Shown piece by piece: positions 8,790-21,506 of a stretch of 50,303 nucleotides of DNA. The notes under the pieces were generated by a model that saw nothing but the letters and a program-made list of their open reading frames with translations, had not been told where the DNA came from and made no database searches. Position numbers and translations under genes: made by a program. Each line of letters begins with the position of its first letter. Position 1 is the first letter of the stretch. Source of the stretch: Callorhinchus milii (lineage: Eukaryota); the NCBI RefSeq assembly GCF_018977255.1, contig NW_024704840.1:124001-174303 (forward strand), written 5' to 3'.

Positions 8790-11329
8790 ACTGTCCACTG
8801 ATCTCTTGAAAGCTCTCGTAATCCAGCTGGTGTCTAGATTACCCTCCGTCTAAATCAGCAGAATCTTTCTCACACTGTTGATTACATTTCTTCCCTTTGC
8901 TTTTGCCTCAAACACCTTGATGCACTCACTTCCCAGTTCTCCGTCTCCTTTTTCCTCCTGTGAGAGTTGAAGAGGGACCTTCAGGGATGAGCGGCAAAAT
9001 GCACCTGCCTATAATCAGACCAATAGCCATTCCCACATTTGATATTGCAGTTGTCACACCAGGGAAACGTCTGAAAGCACTTTTCAAGATGTACTGTTGA
9101 AAGACGAGGTTATTTGGGGGTAAACGCGGCAGCTAATTTGTGCACAGCAATGACCCAGAATCAGCCAGCAAGTTAATCAAACCAAAGAATCGTATGATTT
9201 ATTTTGTAGGCGTACACAGATATATAATAAAGTTGCTTTGCGGTGGATTAAGATGGAATATTTCTTTCTGTTTGATTACTCATTAGCACATCAGCAGGTT
9301 CAGAGGGAGATGGACTTTGGGAATGAAGGATTAAGGTGTCAGTTGGAAATGAAGGGAGACTTAAAATGCGAAACAATATACTATTTCATAGCACACTTCA
9401 CATCAGGAACATGCCTGCAAATGATGTGCACAGCTGACTACACTACCTTGCTGCTATTTGCTTAAAACCATCCATTCCACACTGAGAGCTTCACATATAT
9501 GGTAATAATAAACAGATCCTACTTTTTTACCTTTGCTATAAAGCCTTTCTTACCCGGAGAATTTCTCAAAGGGCTTCACAGAATATACTGTTAAGTGCAG
9601 TGACTGTGAGTTTTTGTGTGATTGCCGCAGCTATTTTTTGCAGAACACTGACAACATGTGGACCTTTCCTTCTGTGTGGAATGGAATCGGTGCTCTCTGA
9701 CAGTGATGCTCCCTGGTCAGCTGTGCTTGGCATTAGAATGACACATAATAGGAATATATTTGTACTTTTGATCAGCTTTGCTCAAATTAAATATGCAGTT
9801 GTAATCGTTTTAATATTTTAACGTTTTTTATTCTGTTAAGCTGACTACTGTGCTGTTTTGGTGTGCATTTTACATATAATAGGGATGATCTGACATTAAC
9901 TCTTTTGCAGCTTTGCTTAAATGAAAGTCCGCTACTAAATTAATTACGCTATAAATCTTTAAAACCTTTGAAGTGAAACAGAGTTGTTTCTGCAGCTCAT
10001 GGCCTTCCTGTGCCTGTGTTTTCCAGCGAGGTTTTAATAACAATTTTGTGAAGTTTCCTTGACTGATATTTGTTGTCCTTCCCTTGCTTGGTTGGATATG
10101 TTGTGAGAAGATGGAATGTAGCAGCAGATATTTTGTACGAAAAGTGGAAAAAACAAACAAGGAAACGGTGTTAACGGTGCAAAGATATAACTTGGGTGTT
10201 GAGTCGTTATTAATGAAGTTCCCTTATCTTCTGTTCTTGCTGATGTGCTCCAACAGTGAAGGAAAGTTTTGTTGGATGGTATCCGTTGTGTAAAAATCAA
10301 GAGCAATGCGTCTGATTGTTTTGTTGTAAAGTGGGTTGATTGGAAATGGGGAAACGCTGTATATGTGTGTGATAATGACTTGTCTCAAGTCGAACATCCT
10401 TTAGTGAGAAGAAGAAGACAATACAGACCAATTGGCAACATTCCCTTTCTATATAAAAATGTTCTTAGTTCAGATCCTACACTCCATAAATTTGATTATC
10501 TCGGTGTTCGATATCTGAAAATCAATAGTTACTGAAGTTTTACCTCCTCTCCTCTCACCTAAGCCTTAATATTTCCGTCTTTGCGTACTCTAGATCCTAC
10601 CTCTAACACCATCTCCAGTTTGTCTGCACAAGTTGCTTCTTCTGGTGCCCCCGCACAGTCTGGTGCAACGCTCTTGAGGGCTCTCTCCTTGGTGGTCTTC
10701 TCTTTAACATTTTCGTGCTCGTTTTTATAGCGGGTGGGATATTTGGTAGCAGAGGGTCATGCTACAGCCTTGTTTCTGTCTGAAACTGTAGATTCAGACA
10801 GAAACAATTGCTGCACAAATTGCTAAAATACATCCTCTCCTCGATTCCTGTTCACACTCTCACTGCCAACGTACCGAGATGTTAAATGAACTCTCCATAA
10901 TTAAAATTTACTATTTTTATTTAACTGCCTTACCTGACTGCATGTTACTTCTTCTGCTTCTGTTCTGCCACACTGAGGACTGCATCAACCCCACAGAAAT
11001 TTAAGCAGCTCCTACTCAAATGCTGCCCCATTGACCAATGGAACCATTGCTCAATGGGAAAGGATGTGCGTACGAGATAACAGCAATAACATGACAATAC
11101 TAACACGCAATTCATGCTGAGTTATATTGCCTGTTGAGCGAGTAACCACACTCCACATTGCGTGTGTCTTCCTTGAATCGAAATGGTAGTTTAAGCTGAA
11201 CAACCCCCAAATGAACCACTCTGCTTATTCCCCAACTCCGAAATAAAATCCTCGTCTGCCATGACCTCTCCACTCCTGTTGTCACCACTTATATTCTTGC
11301 ATTTGTCACACACACTTGGTCACGACAAG

Positions 11330-11630
11330 GATTTTCTCGCCGGATTATCCAGTTTCTCCTTATAATATAAAGACAATGCAGAACTTTCCAGATTATGTCC
11401 TTTTCCACAAAAGGCTCCACAAGTCTGTGACCGCATCTTTCTTGGCTCCGTTTGGTCTCCAAATCCCCCAGCAAATTGGTTTCAAGATCCTAGTCCTCAA
11501 GTTCAAATATAAATATTACTGCCTGAACTCAACCACTGTGACAGCTTCAAATTATAACGACCAGCCTGGTCCCATCATAAGTCAAGCCTCGCTATCTTTA
11601 GAAACTCTACCCTACGTGTCCAACCATCAG
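11330..11630 (+). mobile_element. Degenerate L2-clade LINE ORF2 C-terminal fragment
   Basis: ORF 11316-11798 contains QN...VL...QIPQQIGFKILVLKFK, resembling L2 LHWLPV..RI.FKIL.L.FK. Confidence 0.6.
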
Positions 11631-11643
11631 TTATCGGGCGATC

Positions 11644-11901
11644 CAGATCAGGGCGAAACCTTGGGCAAGTTTCCTTACTCCACACGCCTAATAATAATCA
11701 CTCCAATAAAACAAAAGAAGATCAAAATTGGTCATTTTCAATCTACGACTGTTTGCGGGACATTGCTGCGCGCAATTGGCTGCCGCGTTCGCCCATAAAT
11801 ATGCAGTCAATTCACTTTAAATTGTTTTCTGTGAAGCGCTTTAGGACGTCCGCCCGACGTGAAAAGCGCTATATCAAATGCAAGGATTATTATTATTATT
11901 A
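11644..11901 (+). mobile_element. DeuSINE-like SINE, partial head
   Basis: gggcgaaaccttgggcaagtttccttactcc...ctgtttgcgggacattgctgcgcgcaattggctgcc...aagcgctatatcaaatgcaaggattattatt. Confidence 0.9.
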
Positions 11902-12198
11902 TCGGACAATCTGCCTGCACACTCTCTGTAACTCAATCCCAGAGTACCCTCAAGCCCAACGTGAGGGGCGACTTGTTAATGCCAATTGTTGTTGTTGTTA
12001 TTGAAACCAGGACCAGCTCCATCGCACATCTCTTTCATGGGCCGTATCAAGACCTTCCTCATTCACCTCGCTCTTGTTTATCTTTCTCTTTCCCATCCAA
12101 TTGGCAAATACCGCTTCCTCCGGTCTCAATATTCCATGTTCAAATGTGTGAGTGTTAATTATTTTTACTTTATACAATTCCATGCACTACCGCGCGTG

Positions 12199-12518
12199 AA
12201 TAATAATAATATTCCTTGCATTTGATATAGCGCTTTTCACGTCGTGTGGACGTCCCAAAGCGCTTCACAGAACACACTGTAAAGTGAATTGACTCTATAT
12301 TTGTGGGCGAACGCGGCAGCCAATTGCGCACAGCAATGTCCCACAAACAGTCGTGGATTGAAATTGACCAATTTATTATTGTTTTTGGTTGTGGAGGGAT
12401 TATTATTAGGCTCTGTGTGGAGTAAGGAAACTTGCCCAAGGTTTCGCCCTTCCTGGAATTGAACTCAGGTCTCTCGCTTGCAAAGCGAGTGCTTTAACAC
12501 TGAGCTACAGGACTCCAC
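12199..12518 (-). mobile_element. Full-length young tRNA-Ala-headed DeuSINE-like SINE
   Basis: Reverse complement begins gtggagtcctgtagctcagtgtta (A box), ctcgc-tttgcaa-gcgag anticodon arm, gagttcaattcc (B box), and ends in a (TAT)n tail. Confidence 0.92.
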
Positions 12519-12954
12519 GTATGTAGTTTGATAGAAGCAAATGATAGATGCAAAAAACCTTGACTTTCCAGGGCCCCGGGACGTCTTTCCGACTTGAAGG
12601 GCACGATAAAAGTGTGTAATTTGTTTATTTTGTTGCTCCATTTGTTCTTCTTGTGCTTCCTGTAAAATATTTTCAATTATGTTGCTCCTTTCTTTCTGTT
12701 TTTATTTCATTCTGCGCTTAATTTTATGTATTTTGTGTGTAACTTCTTTTCAATTCACAATAACAAATTTAATCCAAGTGTGACATTTGCAAATCTCAAG
12801 TGGATGATTAACTTGTTTGTTCATATGTCTGGAACTAATTGCACTCATGATGCCAGATGTAGTTTCATGTCCCTATAAGTACAAATTTATTTCAGTGTGA
12901 CGGCAGTGTGTTCATCGAAGTCTCTGCCTTCAGCAACAATATGTAAAACAGAGA

Positions 12955-15900
12955 ATGGATTATCCAACGTTGTACACAGTAATGGCTATTTACTACCCCA
13001 TTCTTGCAGCGGTTGGGATTCCTGGTAAGTCTATTTGGTCGCAATTATCAGCAATGGTCATCAGTTTACTGCATTGGGTGACAGAAGATATTTTGTTAAG
13101 TGACATATCAGGTTATTCATGTGCGTAGAGAAATATGTATGTGTCGAAGGACAGTATCTTTTAATACGGAAAGAAAAAAATGTACTAGGGATTAGATGTA
13201 CGTAAGTCTATGAAAGTAGCATCAGTAGTGGAAAGGGCTGTGTTAAATGGTACAACAAGATTTACAAAGATTGCACGGCACGGAAGGGGGACACTCAGAT
13301 GAATCTGATCATGTTGGTGTTTACAATGGCACCCCCAAGGCACCTCCTAACCTGTCCGACCTCTTCCCTCCACACTCTACACAGAGCGCCTCCTGCTTGT
13401 AACTTGCACCCTCCGCCCCAATATTGGAGGTCGCGCTTTCAGCCACAACGCCCCCTAAACACTGGAACATTCTCGCTCAATACTCCCGCCTTGTCGCCTC
13501 TCTCCCCTCTTTAATGTACCGGCTGAAAACTTTCCTATTCGAACGTGTTTACGGTATCTTCCCCCTTCCCCCCGCCTCGCAATTAGGCTCCGCCACTCTT
13601 GAGCGCTCTGAGACGCTATCCTGCCAGCGGAGCGCTTCATAAGTGGAAATTGTTCTCCGCTGTGTTGTTGTAATCCACTGGCGTCGTTATTCCTTACCAT
13701 AGCCTTGTATTCCCCTCTCATTCTGGCGAATATCTATTTTCCTCTTCAATGCACCGAATAAAATCATCACTTCAGGCAACAAGCTCAACATTCTCTCTGC
13801 CTCTGGGTAGAGCAATTTCTTTTTGATTCCATCATCGCTCACTTACACTTGTGTCCCCTGGTAACGTACTCCCTATAGAATGTCAACAGCTTACCCAATT
13901 GGCACAACCTACACGACACGATAGATCCCGAAATATCTATCCTCCCGACATCCGTGACCAGGATCACTCGATTTCACGTTCTGCATTACCCACCTCAGAC
14001 CGTGTCCCATATCCAACATATAAAACCCTCAGTGATAGACGGATCGATTTCGTAATCGTCACCCTTACTCACAAATCAATTCAAGTCCTGTCACCTCCCT
14101 GAACTCCTCACCTCTCCGAGCTGCTTACATTGCATAACTGTAACCCGGTTTGACTCAGTTGGCTTCCCTTCCATATGTTTCTTATCCTCGTTACCATCAG
14201 TGGCTGTGGTTTGAGACACTACCCATCTGAAACTCCAGAAATCTCTGCCTCAATGCCTCCCCTGTGTATTCTGGTTGCCTGTTTTCCGAACTTGTCTGAT
14301 TACCTTCCTCTTTGATAGAGTCAATGATCACTTCCACAGTGTCTCCTCAGTTTGTTGACAAGACAAGTTGCTTTTCAACACACATGGATACTCCGTGCTT
14401 GAAAGTTATTTTTTTATATGCAAGCTACTTTTGCCGACAGAGTTCAAACAGGAGCGTAGTGCAGGAAAATGAAGCTATATTTCTAACTTTGNAAAAAAAA
14501 CATTGCTAAGGCAGCAGCTGGAAATATGCATTCAGTCTCTTTTTAGGAAACAAGTCAAGGATTTGGTGAGTTAAGAAAAGCTTTACAAGAATGTGATACC
14601 AGGGATGATGGACATTGGTAATGAGGAACGATTGGACAAGTTGGGTCTATTTTCGTTTGAGCAGTGAAGGTTGGTAATGGAACTTATAGAAGTATAAAAA
14701 TATGTAGGATTTTGTAAGAGTGAACAGTGGGAAACTATTTACACCAATAGAGTATCGCTGTCTTGCGGCCAAAGTTACAAGTTAGTCACAAGAAGAAAGA
14801 AATATGGAGCTTTTGTTGATCTTTTTTATTCAGCATGTTGTTGGGATGTGGAATGGCCCAGCTATTGAGGTGATAGAGGCATAGCCCGTTTTGGGATTAA
14901 AGAGGAAACTGGATACATTTTTCAAGAAAAGTGCCTTAGAAGGTGATAAGGATATTTTGGACAGTAAAACCGAACAAAAATTTTCTTCCAGGGGCCAATG
15001 AAGACCCTCTCGGCCGCATGGATTGCTTTGTGTTGTACAGTTCTCTGGTTTTATTATAACTTCTCTGAATCGAAACTGGTTTCCAATCTGCTGTAATGTT
15101 TGTAGCATTTAATCCAGATATACTGTTGATAAAAAGAATTGATTATTTTATATCTGAAAAATCAAATTGAGCCATATTGCGGGAGCTATATAGCAAAAGC
15201 TCCACACAAAATAATTCCCAATATATTTTATTCCTGACAAAGATTACTTCAGATCTTCTACCTTATTGTTATATGGAACAGAGGAATATGATTGCAAAGC
15301 ACAATAACTGTAGTGGGTAATATTATTTTACGTCAAGATTGATTACTTGTATAAGCAAGTGTTTCAATGTTTACTATGGAAGATAAATGGTTGCACGAAA
15401 TTATCAAATTCTTGTTTGCTTATGCTCTGTTATCGCCAGTTCCATTCAATGAAAACGCAACCATATATGACACATCTTTAAATTTTTAACATAGCAATTT
15501 TTATTTGTATAAGTAACGTCTTCTGCTTCTATTGCTTCTCGCAGTTAATTTGCTGGCGATTGCGGTCCTGTTAAGAGGAAAGTGCGGTCTCTCCAAGTGC
15601 ATCACTCGCTATTTGGTAGCCATGGCAGTGGCGGATCTCCTGGTTGTCCTTGTAGATGTGTTGCTGAATAAAATAAACAATCTGTATTTCCCATTAAATA
15701 TCTTATTCTACACTCCAGTGTGTAGTACGAGAGTTGTGTTGTTTTGTGTCGCTATCCACAGCTCTCTGTGGTTCACTGTGGCTTTCACTTTCGATCGTTT
15801 TGTAGCCATTTGCTGCCAAAAGCTGAAACCAATATATTGCACGGAGAGGGTAGCCACAGTGGTTATTGTAACTCTGTCTATTTTCATCTGCTCACTGAGC

Positions 15901-16455
15901 ATTCCCAGCTATTTTGCGTTTGATCCTTACATTATAATTAACAATACCCCATGGTACTGCGCCTTCAAATCAAGCTTTCATAGGTTGGACACCTGGAAAG
16001 CGTTTGAAAGGCTTCAACGTGTTGTTCTTCCCGTGTTTGGTTTTGCTTTCATTTGCCTGTTTAACGCTCTGACTATCAGGCATATTATGATGGCCAATAA
16101 AGTCCGCAGGAGGCTTCGGGGTCAGAGAAATGCTGAGAAAGCAATTGATCCAGCATTGGAGAACCGAAGAAAATCGGTCATTTTACTCTTCGCCATATCG
16201 GGCAGTCTTTTACTGCTTTGGTTAACTTTTGTTTCATATTCCTTCAAATGGCAACTTTCCAATTTTAATTATACTGCAATATTTTCCAATAATAAGCGGT
16301 ACATAGTGCAAGAAACCGGAATCATGCTTCAAACGTTGAGTTGCTGTACCAACACCTGCATTTATGCTTTGACTCAGACCAAGTTCAGAGAAGAGCTTCG
16401 GAAAGGAATAGTTTATCCATTTCATATCGTTGCTAAATTCATAAAGTTATGGTGA
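12955..16455 (+). CDS. GPR139-like: Orphan class A GPCR, chondrichthyan GPR139-like; exon 1 12955-13024, exon 2 15545-16455; 326 aa
   Basis: Exon 1 MDYPTLYTVMAIYYPILAAVGIP g|gtaagt joins cgcag|tt AAT (V-NLLAIAVLLRGKCGLSKCITRYLVAMAVADLL). Seven hydrophobic helices, FTFDRFVAIC (DRY-like), TM7 SCCTNTCIY, intact frame; AATAAA at 16705-16710. Confidence 0.9.
13310..13650 (+). mobile_element. L2-clade LINE 3' end in GPCR intron
   Basis: Remnants GGRAFSH, HWNIL (LWNSL), RLKTFLF, and the tail gagcgctctgagacg...gagcgcttcataa. Confidence 0.75.
13660..14300 (-). mobile_element. CR1 LINE 3' fragments in GPCR intron
   Basis: Reverse complement shows a degenerate WN.LP..V.....F..ALK/LD region and a CR1-like 3' end. 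Confidence 0.5.
14550..14800 (+). mobile_element. CR1 LINE ORF2 C-terminal fragment
   Basis: tttacaagaatgtgataccagggatg...gaggaacgattggacaagttgggtctattttcg...gaacttatagaagtataaaaa resembles FTRMIPG...EERLDKLGLFSL...LIEVYK. Confidence 0.75.
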
Positions 16456-17079
16456 GACTTGACTTCGCACATAGTAGAACTTCACAAATATCAGTGAATG
16501 CATTCACAAAAAGGGAAGCCTTATAACATGATGAACCAATCCGCATTATGCACTTGTTCCGTCTAACTAAGAAGGGATTTTTTGTTGTGTGTTGAAAGAC
16601 AAAACGTCACAAATATGTTATGAAATATATTTGATAATGCTCAATGTGCACTCCTCCACGGAAGCTTTGTGAACTTGTTATTCAGAAGCATTTTATTTGT
16701 TGTGAATAAATACTGGCAACAAAATAAAATATGTTGAATTCTGATGAACATCTATAAAGAACAACAGTTTGGCCCATTCATGAGCTGCTTTCCATCGAGT
16801 TTCTTTCAAATAATAATAAGGATCGCATTTGATATAACGTTTTTCACGTCTTCTAGACATCTCAATGCGCTTCAATGACAATGCTACTTCACATTATACT
16901 ATATGAACGAAACGCGGAAGCGATTTGCGCAACGCAATGTCCCATAAACAGTCGTGTTTTGAGTGACCAAATTGTTAGTGAATTTTTGGAGCCGTTATTA
17001 TGCCGAAAAATATGTTCAGCGAATCGACTACCAACCAGTATCCCACTTGCTTCAAGATTATCAGAGGCTGGGTGTGGTT

Positions 17080-17700
17080 GACGAGTATGTGAGGCTACGG
17101 GGTTAGATGTTTGTGATGGCGTGTGGTTCTGCGAAGGGTTGATGTGGGGGTCAATGTGTGGGTGAGATTTCAGGGGCTGGGTGTGGTTGAGGATGGACAG
17201 GGGCTTGGTTTGTTTGACGAAGGGGAGGAACTGATTGTGGCTGAGGGTGGGGGAGACTGGTTGTCGGCGAGGGTATGGGGCTGGGTGGCTGTGGGGATGG
17301 GGAAGGCATAGGTGTGGTTGAGGATTGAGAGGAGGTGAGTGTAGGTGTGGGTGAGGAACGGGAGTTGCTGAATATCAGTGCAGGTGGGTGTGCTGGGTGA
17401 GGGTATAGGTGAGAATGGGGAGAGGATGGTCGTGGGAGCGCAGGGTGAGGTGTTGGGATTGGGTGTGGATGTGGATGGAATGGTTGTGGGTGCAGATGGG
17501 GAGGGGATGGATGCCAGTGACGAGGTGGTTGGGGGGGGGGGGGCAGATGTGGCTGAGGTTGGGGATGGGCTGGTTGTGGGTAAGGATGTGGAGTGGCTGG
17601 GTTGTTGGTGGGAACCGGGAGGAACTGAGTGTGGGTGTGGCTGAGATGGGGCTGGGTGTTGGTGAGGTTGTGGTGGGATTGAGTGTGGGTGAGGATGTTG
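17080..17700. repeat. G/T-rich low-complexity tract
   Basis: ggtgtgg/ggggatgg repeats, including a 13-G run; all overlapping ORFs are low-complexity. Confidence 0.8.
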
Positions 17701-18559
17701 AGGGGAAAGAAAAATATAAAATACCAAATTACGCTTGTATAGCGCCCTTTACGTCGGATAGACTTTTAAATTGAACCCCTGGATGGCCATTCATCCCCAC
17801 TTTCCAGTATGCCCAAAGCTGACAATAACCACACACTGAATGAGGGGGAATTTAAAATGCCCCCAAGTCCAGGCAGATTGGAGAGGCTTTGTGGGCTGAA
17901 GTACACGCGTATGTGCAATTGTTTTCGGCGCTGCACTGTAATTCCTCCTTGTGTTCACAATACATCAACCCCTTCCAGTGGCTGACAGGTGTATTACAGA
18001 TACCAGTGAATTCACTTAAATTATTCTTACTTTTTCAACAAAGGAACAAACAATCTGCGTTTATTTTCCCTCCATCACGTAAGACCACGAGACGTAGCTA
18101 TTATTCGGTGCTGCACTATAATTGAAAAAATACATTATCATTGCCTTTTAATCTANTTTTTTATAATTAAGCAATTCTTCACTGAATCCGATGTCATTAA
18201 TTGTATTACTCATTCACTCCTTCTGGGTATCATCATCTAATGCTAGAAAGTGGTCAGACAGAGAAATCAAACAGTTCTTCTACATCTCACCGGGTGGCTG
18301 TTGTGCATTTGTTTAACCTTTTACTGTGATTTACAATGTGCTCAAATTGAAAATAAAGCCTGCAGTACTCGTTACCTCCGCCAGGGGGTGATATTATGCT
18401 GTGTAACTGCCCACAATATTCATCATTAAATGACTTGTCCTCCGTGAGGGGATGTAAACACAGGGGTGAATTTGGGTCGATGGGGATTCGTGACGGTGGA
18501 AAACGGGGTTGGGTGGTGTGTTTCTGTTGGGAAGTAGGTTAACCGATGACAAGGTGGAA

Positions 18560-18780
18560 GAGGAGGGTTTTGAGGTGGGTGTTGGAGGAGCCAAGTGGCA
18601 CTTGGAGGAGACGGTGGCACTGCACCCTGAGGGCGGGCAAAGAGTGGCTGAAGGTCCGCCCGACAATGTTGGGGCAGACTTGGCAGGGAATCTGAAGCAG
18701 AAGGAGACTTCTAATCGGAGGGAGCGAGTAGATTGGTAGAGACGTCGGAGGTCTCTGAGGTCGGTTGAATGATAATATAT
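18560..18780 (-). mobile_element. L2-clade LINE 3' fragment
   Basis: Reverse complement has SDLRDL..YQSTRSLR and gtcgggcggaccttcagccac (GR.FSH). Confidence 0.55.
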
Positions 18781-19005
18781 AAGTAATAATTCTCTTATTA
18801 TGATATTATTATTATCGGTTGATGAGATTTAAATAATGCTAATTCTACTTCCAATTTCATTAATAATAATACTCTTTTATTTGATATGGCGACTTATCAT
18901 GACTTTGAAACGTCTCAAACTCTTCACATTATAAAATGCACATTTAACTCACTGTGCATTTTGGGGGGGAAACGTGGCTGGCAAATACACAGCAGTGTCC
19001 CTAAA

Positions 19006-19669
19006 AATAATAATAATAATAATCCTTGCATTTGGTATAGCGCTTTTCACGTCGGAACGACGTCCCAAAGCGCTTCACAGAACACACTGTAAAGTGAATT
19101 GACTGTAAATTTGTGGGCAAACGCGGCAGCCGATTGCGCACAGCAATGTCCCACAAACAGTCGTGGATTGAAAACGACCAATTTCTTGTTATTGTTTTTG
19201 GTTTTTGGAGGGATAATTATAATGTGGAGACCTGTAGCTCAGTGGTTAGAGCACTCGATTTGCAAGTGAGAGACCTGAGTTCAATTCCAGGCAGAGGGCG
19301 AAACCTTGGGCAAGTTTCCTTACTCCACACAGAGCCTAATAATAATCCCTCCAAAAAACCAAAAACAATAATTAAATTGGTGATTTTCAATCTACGACTG
19401 TTTGTGGGACATTGCTGTGCGCAATTGGCTGCCGCGTTCGCCCACAAATATACAGTCAATTCACTTTACAGTGTGTTCTGTGAAGCGCTTTGGGACGTCC
19501 TCCCGACGTGAAATGCGCTATATCAAATGCAAGGATTATTATTATTATTATTATAAGGCTCTGTGTGGAGTAAGGAAACTTGCCCAAGGTTTCGCCCTCT
19601 GCCTGGAATTGCACTCACGTCTCTCGCTTGCAAAGCGAAAGCCCTAACCACTGAGCTGCAGGACTCCAC
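19006..19669 (-). mobile_element. Minus-strand young SINE (19006-19223 tail half, 19555-19669 head half) split by a nested plus-strand SINE
   Basis: The two halves join at the internal ggagggattatt...aggctc site seen intact in the copy at 12199-12518. Confidence 0.9.
19224..19554 (+). mobile_element. Full-length young DeuSINE-like SINE (nested)
   Basis: gtggagacctgtagctcagtggttagagc head, B box gagttcaattcc, (TAT)n tail. Confidence 0.93.
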
Positions 19670-20019
19670 ATTGGACTTACAACATTGGATCGAACAAAAT
19701 TGCCATTGCTAATATTCGTTAATTATTAAACCTAAAAAGGCATCTGCCAATCGAATAACAAGCGTGTTACTGCTCGGTAAGTGGAGGCACGTGTGTGTGT
19801 GGAATAAAGGTACCTGCCTGACATTTCACCCTGTCTAAGAAAATTAAACCGGATTCTCTCTCTTGTGACCATAACCTAACTTTGGGACCATCCCAAACCA
19901 TGGAGACCTGCCCGATATCTCCAATCCTCTCACAATTGGCGGTCGGGCCCCCAGTCTATCCCTCTGCTCTCTGGAAATTAATCGCTAGAAATCCTTCAGA
20001 TTACTGGTTCGATAGGTGT

Positions 20020-20123
20020 TGTGTGTGAGAGACTGAGAGAGAGACTGAGAGAGGGAGAGAGAGAGAGAGATTGTGATGGAGACTGACTGAGGGAGAGACT
20101 AAGTGCATGACGGAGAGGGAATG

Positions 20124-20175
<52 letters not shown>

Positions 20176-20244
20176 GGAGAGAGGGGGAGATTGGGACTCT
20201 GCCTGTTTGTGTGTGTTTGTGTGTATTTGTGTGTTTGTGTGTGT

Positions 20245-20282
<38 letters not shown>

Positions 20283-20347
20283 GAGACAGAAATAAAGAGC
20301 GATGAACTGAGTGAGAAAGAGATAGTGATAGAGGAATAGCGACTGAG

Positions 20348-20386
<39 letters not shown>

Positions 20387-20390
20387 CTGC
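20020..20390. repeat. (GA)n microsatellite cluster
   Basis: Multiple long GA runs interrupted by a GT-rich stretch. Confidence 0.95.
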
Positions 20391-20693
20391 AGCGTTATAG
20401 GGGAGAGTACGTGTGTTCACTTCGCGAGCAGAGAGCAATGTTGGGATTGTTTTCTCATCAACACAATCGCCTCTGTTTACATATCAGTAAACAGGAGTCC
20501 TGGTGTTAGTCGATTCGTGAATGAATTTTGCACAACCAGATATACAGGAAGTGAGCAGTCAGTGAAGGCGTCACCGAGAATATAATCATAACCTTCACAG
20601 CTCACGGCGCTCGAAAAACGTTTCTAACCGTTTATCCGCCTTCAGCTGATTAGCCATTGCATTTTACTAAAGAATTTTGCGTGAGAGTTAAGA

Positions 20694-21506
20694 ATGAAGC
20701 AAAATTTCAAGGCAACATTTATCATTTTGAGTATAATGATATTATTCTTATGTAAGTAGGGAATCACTCACTCTCACTCACTCTGTCTTTATCTCAGTGA
20801 CTCTCCGTCAATCTCAATCTTTCTCTCTTTCACAGTTTTTAACTCTCTCTCTCAGTCTTTCTCTTTCAGTCCCCCTCAGTCTCGATATGATTCAGTCTCC
20901 CCCTCTCTTCTCTCTCTCCATCTCTCTCCGTTGCTCTCTCTCTCGCCCTGTTACTCTTTCTGTTTTTCTCTCAGTATCCCTTTCAGTCTATCCTTGAAAA
21001 AAACAGCGTCCCAACATATTTTGTATAGGTCCCAACATATTTTCCTCCTCAGTCTTTCTGTCTGTCTTAGTCACTCTCTCAGTCTCTCCATCAAATCACG
21101 AAGTCACGACATTTAATAATATGTTCACTCTCAGTCTTTCTGTTTCCTTCTTTCAGTCTTTCTCTCGCTCAGTCTCTCTCTCTCTAATAATAATAAAAAT
21201 TACTATTATTATTATCATCTGCACAGATGCTTTGGCTGAAAGCGATGTATCACAGAGACCCCAGACCGTGAAGCAGCATGAAAATGGAAATGTATCCATG
21301 GAGTGCACCACCACTGAGTCGGGCCCAACCTTTCACTGGTACACACAGTATGGAAACGGCTCCATCCGGTACTTGGTTTGGGGAAAAAGAGACATAACAG
21401 TGAAGGACAGGATAAGAGCTTTGGTTAATACAAAACAGAGAAGCTGCACTCTAACAATCCAAGACGTGCGAGTGTCAGACACCGCCACTTACTTCTGTTC
21501 GGACAG
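20694..21506 (+). CDS. TCR alpha/delta V segment V1 (family A); leader 20694-20751, V exon 21227-21506
   Basis: Leader MKQNFKATFIILSIMILFL t|gtaagt; acag|at. ALAESDVSQRPQ...MECTTTESGPTFHWYTQ...RSCTLTIQDVRVSDTATYFCSD; open frame, followed by 23-RSS. Confidence 0.93.

Noticed and set aside
8601-8798. Minus-strand 65-aa ORF
   Set aside because: It is the antisense of the TM exon; the + strand reading has the splice acceptor and the TM motif.
10269-10535. Possible L1/Tx1 remnants (FDYLGV here; also ~17780-17950 and ~44600-44820)
   Set aside because: Only one or two short motifs each; too weak to call without a profile search.
17170-17727. 185-aa Pro/Ser/Thr-rich mucin-like ORF on the minus strand
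   Set aside because: Arises from the G/T low-complexity tract; several frames are open, with no domain or supporting exon context.
19224-19310. tRNA-Ala(TGC)-like genes (also at 12430-12518, 21653, 37908 and others)
   Set aside because: A box, anticodon arm and B box are present, but each runs into a SINE body and (TAT)n tail without a proper acceptor stem; these are SINE heads.
18886-19647. Recurrent ORFs ending KCKDYYYY or MWDIAVRNWLPRSP
   Set aside because: Translations of SINE tails, repeated wherever the SINE occurs.
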